Source: Eledone cirrhosa
Taxonomy: Eukaryota
Direction of reading: 5' to 3'
Assembly: GCA_964016885.1 (NCBI GenBank)
Contig: OZ024743.1
Location: forward strand, 57,660,001 to 57,724,000
DNA: 64,000 nt
The position numbers were made by a program, and so were the translations under genes. Of the stretch, positions 53,503 through 64,000 are shown in pieces. The notes under the pieces are model-generated. The model was not told the origin of the DNA and did not search any database. It saw only the letters and a program-made list of their open reading frames with translations. The first letter of the stretch is position 1. Every line of letters begins with the position of its first letter.

Positions 53503-54700
53503 AGGATTGCAGCGTCTTCACAGACGATTGCCGTCTTCTTCATTGTCATCCCATCCATGACTTCGTAGATGACTTTGCAGACCGGCTGCCGATATGCATG
53601 GTTTATGACACAGGTTACAGAAGAGAGTTGTATTTTCCACAGGATTGGTGGGTCATTTTGTGGGATACAATCTTTATCATCCGCCCTGTATTTGTTTAGT
53701 CCGGAACTAGTTCTTCACACTTTGTTGAGTGGTGTTGCGGGTGGTTGTTTTTTCATGTGATGACTTCAAATGATTGACGTAACCAGTTTTTGAGAGGAGT
53801 ACACGCTGACCGAATTTGCATGTGCAACTACTGATGTCTTCAGTTGTTTATGTTCTAAGCGATATTCTTCAAAGATTTTGCAACTGTGCTTTATGCACTT
53901 TCCCCACTCTGCCCTATTTAGAGCTATCTCTCCCCCAGATATGTATATCAAATGCCAGCTCTTTGAGGTTATTTTTGATGCTCTCCTTGTACATTATTTT
54001 CGGTTTGTTTCGAGGCTTTTTTCTAAGATGGAGCTCACCATAAAAGAGTTGCTTTAGAATCCTGCTATCTTTCATGCGGAGGATAAGTCTGGTCCAGCGT
54101 ATTTGAGATGTCATTTGAGACTAAATGCTTGGACATTCCGCTTTGACAAGGACATCGATGTCAGGAGTTCTGTCTTGCCATTTAGACAATTCTGGTGAAA
54201 ACGCTAAAGCAATTTGATATGTTTACAGAATAGCATCCAAGTTTCGGAGGAGTATAAAATAGCAGACAGAATACATGATCAATACACACAAGCCTTGGTA
54301 TTGTTGGTATTGTTGCGATTAGACCAAACTCTCTTTTCCAATTTTCTGAAAGCAACAGAGGCCTTCTGGATATGAAGATGTATTTCAGCATCCAAGGAGC
54401 CATCATTTGACAGTGTGCTCCCCAAGTAGACAAATTTATCTACTACTTCCAACCTAGTTCCATCAACGCTGATATTGAGTTCCCTATATGATTCTCCGGG
54501 AGCAGGGGTAAACATTACTTTGAACTTTTTAAGGCTGATTGCAAGCCCAAATGCTATACATGAGGATGAGAAACGGTCTATAATATGCTGCATAACAGCT
54601 TCTGTATGTGCTTGGAAGTCAACGTCGTCGGTGTAGAAAATGTCACTCATCAAAGCTTAAGCTTTTGTGTAGGAGTGTCCTAACGTTCGAATATCAAATG
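53503..54700 (-). mobile_element. RTE-BovB-type LINE 3' fragment
   Basis: FYTDD..AHTE..MQ....FS..C..FGLAISLKK, VDKFVYLGSTLS, QIRW...RMKDSRILKQLFYGEL. Confidence 0.88.
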
Positions 54701-54857
54701 TAGATTTTAACTTGATCTTTTGCGTATATTTTACATTTCTTTTCTCATATTCCTGCTCGAATGAATGAGGTAGAGTAAGCTTAATCCGCCTCTCTCTCTC
54801 TCCCTGTATATATATATTTTAATAAATATTAGTGTATATATATATATATATATATAT

Positions 54858-54973
54858 ATTTATTAAAATAACAGATTAAAGTTTAAGCAAAGAATCGCTG
54901 CTTTCACCCTTAACGGAATGTTCTGAAAGCAGAGATTCTTTGCTTAAACTTTAATCTGTTATTTTAATAAATA
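54858..54973. repeat. Short fold-back copy of the 35410-35665 family
   Basis: Same terminal arms, shorter interior. Confidence 0.85.
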
Positions 54974-55080
54974 TTTGCTCTATGGTTCTTATATATTTTA
55001 TATATATTTATCCTTATCGAGGCCTCTTTGGATTTTAGTCTTCACATTTATTATTATTACTATATATACTTATATAAACT

Positions 55081-55156
<76 letters not shown>

Positions 55157-55585
55157 AATATATATATATACACAGTAATTCATTCCACAGTCTACTTCTG
55201 AGCAAGGAAGATGGGAAAAAAACTTATACCAACACTTAATTTTAAATCTTTGATTTTTAGTTTTTAATTCCGATAAATTCTTTTTAATTGTAATACTCAA
55301 CATTTAATAATACATCGAAAGCGATAATACTTTATATACTTTATATACATTATAAAACTCTTTTTTAAAAGAATTGTCCCTCTCATTTTTTCAATAATGT
55401 CATCTTTTCAATGTCATATTTTCAATAATGTCACTTTGACGAATCAAAGAAAGGAAAAACAAAAGAAAAACAGACCCTAAAATATATTTTCCGTGCTATT
55501 TCAACTTCACCTTTTCTCTATATCCACTGTTTTGTATAGTACTTTACTTCTCTTTTCTAATACACACACACACACACACACGCAC

Positions 55586-55757
<172 letters not shown>

Positions 55758-57055
55758 AAAGATAGAAGGAGAAGAAGGATGTATATAGATACGGGATAAA
55801 AGCTAGAATAATTAAAGAATCTTTCACCATATTTGAAAGTTATAGACGTCAGATATGAGGCCAATCATTTAGACACTTTTTCAATATCAATATTGGAGGA
55901 AACATTTGAAATACTAGGCAGGACTCACATCTTTCGATACCAAACTGACTGAAACCACCCTGGCTTATATAATAAAAGCCTCTTTAATTTTAAGTTTATA
56001 TATTTATCTAAAAAAACTTGCGTCCTTATTTTATGTAACATCCTTTGTGAAATTAATTTGCGAACATTAACTAAATTATAAAAAAAGTTATATCATAGAG
56101 AGACATCTGGAAACGGTGTTGTTTCCTGATACAAAACCGTTTATTTTAAAATGTTAATAGTTATCTAAAAATTTTCTTTCAGAATTTTATGTAAGAGCGA
56201 TAGTTAAGTTGCGTTCCAAAAGTTAGATTAATAATGAGAAGTTTAGTTATATAATCTAAATGCTTGATTATTTTCAAAGTAATCTGAAATCCAGGGGCAA
56301 AGTTTTTCATCTGAAATATGGTAACGGAAGTGTTTAGAATATCAGGATCTTGGTTATGATATCAGCAGTGACGCTGATAGGATCTACATTGGACAGCGGC
56401 GCTTCGTATCAAACAATAGCTGTTGAATCGCAAAACTCCTAGATATGTACTCAGAGTGTATAACTCTTTCATGTATTCCAAAGGTATCTGGACTAACCCA
56501 ATTAAAAAAGAAACCTGGAATAGAAGCACTCATCATACCAGCAAAAAATCATGCATGGATACATATCCTACAAGTTAAAGACAACAATAATATTAACAGG
56601 AAGGGGTCTCTCATTGATACATCATATCCCACCCAGAAGGCTATAACTTTGCTATCCAAGAACACTAGTTATCTACTGAATACCAGATCAATAAGGGGGT
56701 CTAGAAAAATGCTGAATGTACCATACCAGCAGCTTCCCCCACCCACCAAATATCTGAAAGGAGATACTGTTCTACAAAACATGGCACTGTTGCCAAAAGT
56801 ACTTATGAACGAAAGAAAACGAATCACACCTTTTCATTGCCTCTTTAAGTCGGTGTCTGTGTTTATGGCCCGTAATATATGGGTTCAGTGGTCACTACAT
56901 ACTCGCATACATGCATACATATATACAAATATACATAAATACATACATACATCTATCCATACATACAGATATACAAACACATACACACATATATACATAC
57001 ATACACACACACACATACATACATACATACATACATACATACATACATACATACA

Positions 57056-57086
<31 letters not shown>

Positions 57087-57408
57087 TATGTATATGCGTG
57101 TGTGTTCATGAGTGTAATTCATTTAAAGTAGGGTTTGAATAAGGTCAGAAGTGAATCCGTTGTCTTCTTCTAGTAGTTCAATAATTAAATCAACCTGCCA
57201 TTGAGTATAGAAAAAGAAATGAACTGAAAAAACTGAACTAATTTCCTATAAATTCGGCTCATAAGAAGTTTCACACAACATTATTACACTCATGCAGCTA
57301 CATCTACTCAAACACACACAAACACATACACACAGACACACACATATTTGTATATGTATATGTATGTGCGTGTGTGAACATGCATATCTATAGGCATATG
57401 TGTCTCTC

Positions 57409-57523
<115 letters not shown>

Positions 57524-58658
57524 AATAATTTGTATTTGTTGATAGCTGTTAGGAATACAGAATTAATTTCGATATTAATTCAACAAATTAAATTATTTAT
57601 GCACAGAATACCACGTTTTGCATTAGAAAACAGTTGACATAAACAATACATTTCTACTCGGCTGAACCAAAATTGAATTTGCAACTGCGATGTCTTTTTC
57701 GTGTAAAGACCCTCATCTAAGCTGGTTTATTCTGAATAGCTACAAGGAAATTTAAGCAGAAAAACATTTATATACAATATTTGATATATGCAGAAGTTAA
57801 CTAAATATTGATATGCATCTCTTGTAGAAATTATTCTGAATAACATAAGCAACAACTGTATTTACTAATAATAACAATAATAATGATAATAATAATAACT
57901 ACAAAAATTAAAAAGAAAAAAAAAATATAGCAACCATTTCTTTTTCTTGGAGAAGTTATGTAAAAATTCAAGTCCGAAATAATGGATAAGTTGTGTTTGT
58001 TTTGGTTTTCATGGTTTATTGTATGATGGAATGAACGTATCACTGATCATTTTCATGACCGCCGAGATTAGATGTAGGAGAGAAGAAAAAGAAAGGGAGA
58101 AAAGTATCTTTTAACGGAGAGCTCCGATCTAAACGCTTTGTAAGGGAGTGGATTCTATTAATTGTATCCAAAGGTTCTGTGGTGATGGTGTTAAACTAAA
58201 TCTAGCATGCAACTTTTGATGGAAGACTCACACCTGTTTCATACATCTAACCTTAGTAAAATATGATTTATACAACATTAAGTAGAATCGCAGAGTAGCT
58301 GATTATATGCCACAGGAGAGAAATAATATTTACGTTATCTTTTGCAGAGTCGAGTACCTAATAGTAGACGCTGTGTCAGTTGTTCCGAAGAAGACATTAG
58401 TAATGTGGGTTCTACCATAAAATAGTGAAACAGGATTTATTGCGTTCAATATTTGATATAACGTTTCAACATGAGATGTAATAAAAGTTTATAACTTCAA
58501 AATTGGCTTATTAAAAATCTTATAGTTTACATCGAACGACAAAATAAAAATGTCATTTGGAAATCTTTCAGGCAGCAAAGATATTTCACATTTTAAGTAT
58601 TCTTACATATATTTAATTGCAAGTTGGTTGCGTGATAAGAATTTATACACATATCCTT

Positions 58659-58751
<93 letters not shown>

Positions 58752-58942
58752 GTATAGGATTACCCAAGATGTAGTACTGGTTAATTACTACACTGGATAT
58801 GGTTGACGTACGGTGAGAGGTTACTCTACGAGTTATGGAAGAATTGTTGAAGAAACTTAGTTCCTGATCCTTCTGTATTCCGGAGTGTATATAAAGAATG
58901 AATAATAACAGGTAGACATAAAAAAAGGTAATTTATTCCGTG

Positions 58943-59054
58943 TGCTTATAAATGTTTCCACGGTGGTACTACAGCCTAGTTATGCTATGTGCAAATTTAC
59001 AAGTATTTGCAGAACTCAAATATCCAATGCTGTGACCACTGTATCCTCAGAGCA
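58943..59054 (-). ncRNA. Hammerhead-like motif with ~85-nt stem II
   Basis: Minus strand tgct-CTGAGGA-tacagtggtcacagc...gctgtagtaccaccgtg-GAAA-cattta-TA-agca, then AATAAA. Stem III is imperfect. Confidence 0.55.
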
Positions 59055-59088
59055 GAATGGTAAATTGTACAATGTAAATATATATATA

Positions 59089-59806
59089 TAGGAACGAGTA
59101 GGACCCCGACGGCTGAGCTCAAGCCGTTTCGACGGCTAATTCTGGACCTCGGGGTCGCCGACCGCACGGAACCCCTAGACCCACGGACACCCTACTTCAC
59201 ACTGAAGGACCACAAATCCGATTTCGACCGTAAACCTTCTATCAGGCTTATAAACCCAACGAAGTCTGACATAGGGAGAATCAGCAAAAAAATTCTAGAC
59301 CGCGTTATACCAAAAGTTAAGCAACACGCCAGACATAGCCTATGGGTCAATACCCAGGAAGTAATCTCATGGTTCAGCAATATGGAGGAAAAACGAGACA
59401 CTAAATTCATCCAGTTTGATATAGAGAGTTACTATGCTTCAATTACATTACCGCTACTTACGGCTGCCTTGGACTTCGCCGAAACACTTGTGCGCATCAC
59501 CGACCAGGAGAGAAACATCATCCTCCACGCCAGGAAGACAGTCTTACTCTTCGACAACTCCAAATGGATAAAGAGAGCTCCCGACTCACCCTTCGACGTC
59601 AGCATGGGCGCGACGGATTCGGCTGAGGTCACAGATCTTATAGGATTATTCCTAATAGCCATTTCTAATAGGTCCAGAATTAGCCGTCGAAACGGCTTGA
59701 GCTCAGCCGTCGGGGTCCTACTCGTTCCTATTACCCACTCTACTACCCTAAGTATTGAGTACTTTGGTGCGTTATGGTCCATCTGGTTCCTTACCACATT
59801 TCCTTC

Positions 59807-59808
<2 letters not shown>
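59089..59808 (+). mobile_element. Internally deleted Naiad-type PLE (family C): RT fragment between 61-bp perfect inverted repeats
   Basis: PYFTLKDHK..RLINPTKSDIG..QFDIESYYASI..FDVSMGATDSAEV at 59150-59655; 59089-59149 is the exact reverse complement of 59670-59730. Confidence 0.88.
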
Positions 59809-59881
<73 letters not shown>

Positions 59882-59899
59882 TAATTGGTGTGCTAATTG

Positions 59900-60037
59900 G
59901 TGTGCGACAAAACTAACACTTATGGACTGGAGCGAAGTGATATATTTTGTCTTGTTCAAAAACACAACATGCTGCAAGGAATCGAACTCACAAACATACA
60001 ATCGTAAGCTGAATACTCATAACCACTAAGCCACGTA
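59900..60037 (-). mobile_element. CORE-type tRNA SINE; another decayed copy at about 60700-60820
   Basis: actggagcgaagtga..tgtcttgttcaaaaacacaac..ggaatcgaactc..taaccactaagcca. Confidence 0.65.
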
Positions 60038-60847
60038 CATTCATATGTGAACACTAATACACGACTACTAACCATGTTTAGTACATAGTGGGAGCAGACA
60101 AGGTGACACAGTAGCCATTAACATCCCCTCATTCCCTTCCTCCTCCTCAAATACTCTCTATATGGTATAATATTGGCATTGGAATTTATGATCACTATTC
60201 ATCGATTATTCATCAGTTAGAGTTTCTATGGCAACACGACTATCGCTTCTTATTGGCTCAATATTAAGCAGCCGTCTCTAAGATAATCTGTGTGAATGGT
60301 ACCGTTAAGGGACACCCATAGTAAATCAAATGTGACAGATCAATAAGTGATATATTTCATGACATTGCTATATTAATCAACTGTTCGAAGGATATCATTA
60401 TTATGACCAACTTTCATAGAAATTGTTTAAACTGTAATACTATCTATGCAGAAATTGTAGATTATGTAAGATTATATAGTTATCATATGTTGTCTGTGTG
60501 GTGGATCTCCGTCAGTTTCAACGACGAGTGTTGTAATTGTTCGAACAATGGAATAGCCTGTTCGTGAAATTACCGTGCAACGATTTGAACATTTCATAGA
60601 CATGTGTACCATTAACACAATTCTTAGGGAAATACAGCCTAACACAGTGTGTGGCAAGATTGACTCTATTAGATATAGGTACAGCTTTTACCAGTTTAGT
60701 AGACAAGAATAACGTGGAATGAAGTATGGTGCCCAAGGTTATATCGTGCCATCGACGGTCGAACTAGTGACCTAATGATCGTGAGCCGAATACTCTAACC
60801 ATTAAACAACATTCCTTCAGTTCTTATCTAGATTATCAAAAATAACA

Positions 60848-61056
60848 AACTATGGATGACTATGGAAAACTATATAATTTCTATGTAGACTATCCACTAT
60901 AAGGTTCCTATGCAGACTGGAAGATTATATAGATCCTATGTAGACTGCAAAAAATATGTGACTATGGAAGGCGGTATAATTTCTATGTAGACTGTGGAAT
61001 GCTATATAATGTTTACGTAAACTATGGAAGACTATATTGTTACTATGTAGACTATC
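60848..61056. repeat. Degenerate ~30-bp minisatellite (gactatggaagactatataatttctatgta)
   Basis: About 6 copies visible. Confidence 0.75.
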
Positions 61057-62073
61057 TCGAAAAAAAGTCTAAAGTCTGTCTCAAGCAAAGAGACTCATCG
61101 GGCCAGTGCTTACCCCGGTTTTCTGGCCTGTAGTGACTGGGAGTACAAATCTCTCCCGCGAACAAGACGCCAGTCTGACAATTTTGACAGACTACCCTCT
61201 TTACCATTGTTCATGTTTAACTTCGAGTATCCTCCACTTCCAAATAACTTACCCTCCGCCTCCAGGTCTTGGCCAACAGGATGGAGAATACAACGTCGCT
61301 CCGGAAGACGGTGAGGGAGACACACTGGAATAACCACTCAACATTGCGGGGCTCGTACCAGCGGGTGGCCAACCGCGCTCGATAGCAGTGATGGGGTCCT
61401 GGGGCCAAGAAAGCGGGAAGTCTGGTTTTTTATAGAGCCAGATCTATCAGAATATTACACTCTAACGTTATCAACAGAAAGGTTCCCATTCTATATTTCA
61501 GCGTTCTTAATATCAGCTAAACAGACATTTTAAAGACGTAAACACACACGCACATGCACGCACGTACACATACATACACGCCCCCCCCCCCCCCCACACA
61601 CACAGACGTTTTCTTCTTCTTCTTCTTCTTCTTCTTCTTCTTCTTCTTCTTCTTCTTCTCCTCCCTCATTCTTCTCCAACTCTTCTGCTACCCTCTTTCT
61701 TTCTTCTCCCCTTAAATAAAACAGAAAATAAAAATACACACACGCACACAAATACACATACAGACGCATGCGCGAAATATGGCTAAAACTAAACAAAATG
61801 TCACATAACACTTGAATTCGAACTTCAAGTGAATGGTTTGCCTATCACAGGAAAGGATAGCATGTATTGTGTACATAAAAACAATTATTCCTATCTATAA
61901 TAAAAATCGGTGCATGAGTTCATCGGTTTTCCTCTTTCTCTCTTCCTCACCTCGATGTCTAATGAAACAGAGACAATGAAACACAACATTGTTTGAATAT
62001 ATGATCAATTAACTAACTCTTAGTCTATTGTTATAAACGTATGTAATTCAGATGTAGGGCAATAATAAAATAT

Positions 62074-62090
62074 TCTTCTTCTTCTTCTAC

Positions 62091-62122
<32 letters not shown>

Positions 62123-62800
62123 CTTCTTCTTCTTCTTCTTCTTCTTCTTCTTCTTCTTCTTCTTCTTCTTCTTCTTCACCCATTAATTCACAATACATGG
62201 ACAGAGTCATCACACACCCCTTCCAGAGGGTCCTGTCAGAAACAACCGTTTCCAACTAATCCGAATGAATTCCCAAGCGAGGCCAGTAAAGCTCTTGAAT
62301 GTTATTCATTCATCTTGCTTGGGGTCTACTCCTGGGTCTCATGCCGGTTGCTTTTGCCCGTAGAATCTGTCCAGCGATTTTTCCTCAGACATTCTAACCA
62401 CATGCCCATAGTGTCGGAGCTATGAACTCTCAATTCGGAGAAGCAGTGGATCTACTTGGAACGACTCGCTGATCTCCGAGTTACGCACTCTTTTGAGTAG
62501 CTTTACTCCAAAGACCCTTCGGAGGAACCCCATTTCGGCCGCTTGTATTGGCGATCGTATTCTTTTGGTTATTACCCAAGATTCATGACCACAGGTAAGG
62601 ATTGGCATGAATACTGAATTGAAGATAGCAAGTATGGCTTTTACTCCTACCCCGCTTTTACTGATTATTGAATGCTGAAGCTGGCGCAATATTGCCCCAG
62701 CTCCAGCAATTCTTGTACTAAATTCAATCTCCTGCCTTCCATCACTGCTTCACGGAACTCCATTCACGTGTAGAGTGCACTGCACAGGCTTCCTGTTAAA
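62074..62800 (-). mobile_element. RTE-clade LINE 3' fragment with (GAA)n tail
   Basis: FMPILTCGHESW..IQAAEMGFLRR..RVRNSEI..LLLRIESS..RHYGHVVRM. Confidence 0.85.
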
Positions 62801-63642
62801 CAATACGATAGCTCAGTCTTTAATAATAATATTTCAATTTAATATTTAATCATAGAGTATTATACATTAAATTGAAATAAATAGGAAAAGGAAAATGAGC
62901 GCAAAGAAGGTGGGTGGAGAAAAAATTACATAATGAAAAGTGGGAAGGGAGAAGGGAGAAGGGAGAGGTAAACTCTACACTCACTGCTAGTCGGTATATC
63001 TCAGCTGCTCCTTACGAACCAGATGGCGAAAGCAATCATGCAGAGGGCACACAGCGACAACCACTGCATCAACCATTCCTCTCAGATGCACTCCTCACTA
63101 TTTTGAAGAGGAAAATGGCTGTCCAGAGACGGAAGACACTGATAGCCTCGACAGCGAGTGGAATGAAAGAGAAGCGATCAGTCAGGACTTGGTATTAAAT
63201 TTATCACTAATATATCATTTTAGACACTTGCTTATTATTGGTGATTTGAAAACGAATTCGCAGGTCTTCCTCTCTTACATGAAAAATGGATGGAGCATTA
63301 ATTAAATTGAATATATACCCATGTTAAATAACAATGTAAAAGGATGTCATTCGTAGACATCTCATTACTGAAATATATAAAAGAAACCAGCGGAAATTTG
63401 CAACAACTGAAATATTACGGACAGATGTTAATGGCGTCAAACGTGTTAGAACATTTCCGGCGAAGACGCCTTTTATACTGCTTCAGAATTAATTGTTCTT
63501 ACTTTTGTCATAATGTTGAGTGAGTCTAGTTCCCAGATTGTGTTTAAACTTAATTTAAATGAAATGAAAAAATAGACAAAATATAGAAAAAATAGACAAA
63601 ATATAGAAAAAGAAAATTACATAAAAAATTTCTTGTAGAAGC

Positions 63643-63708
<66 letters not shown>

Positions 63709-63716
63709 TGTTTATA

Positions 63717-63786
<70 letters not shown>

Positions 63787-64000
63787 TATGTATGTATGTA
63801 TACGTACATACATATATGTATACAGACGTACAGTAGTATGTATATATATACATACATGCACACACATATATATGCACGTATCGGTTTACCAAACATTTAT
63901 TATAATGCTCGGTTTGTTTGTAAACAAACAAACAGCCCGAATTACGCCGTACAGTGTTGAGGCAACCACGTCACCTTTTTGTTCAACACTGACACAGGAA

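Noticed and set aside
56445-56890. Non-repetitive part of a 228-aa ORF as a host exon
   Set aside because: No recognisable domain or convincing splice signals, and it runs into a microsatellite.
62914-63198. 94-aa ORF as a host exon
   Set aside because: No recognisable motif; it cannot be supported without a database search.

Overview
Repeat-saturated, AT-rich eukaryotic DNA in which I can identify no host gene. The extreme (TA)n/(CA)n/(TC)n density and the SINE types suggest an Octopus-like cephalopod genome (inference). Transposable elements: a near-full-length Tx1/L1-type LINE with an 11-bp TSD (3819-9508); a decayed CR1-type LINE (14.1-18.4 kb); an R4/Dong-type RLE LINE fragment; several RTE fragments; tRNA-derived SINEs; non-autonomous Helitrons plus a Helitron helicase relic; and at least four Penelope-like (PLE) coding remnants, including a near-intact Naiad-type RT/GIY-YIG ORF (45908-48040). 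The main structure the ORF track misses is a dense set of hammerhead-ribozyme (HHR) motifs, about a dozen from several families, including U3-A8 core variants. They sit in PLE pseudo-LTRs, in a 310-bp tandem retrozyme-like array (34463-35385), and in long fold-back palindromes embedded in (TA)n tracts. Most short ORFs in the track are microsatellite translations. All folds and alignments were done by eye, and boundaries of decayed repeats are approximate.
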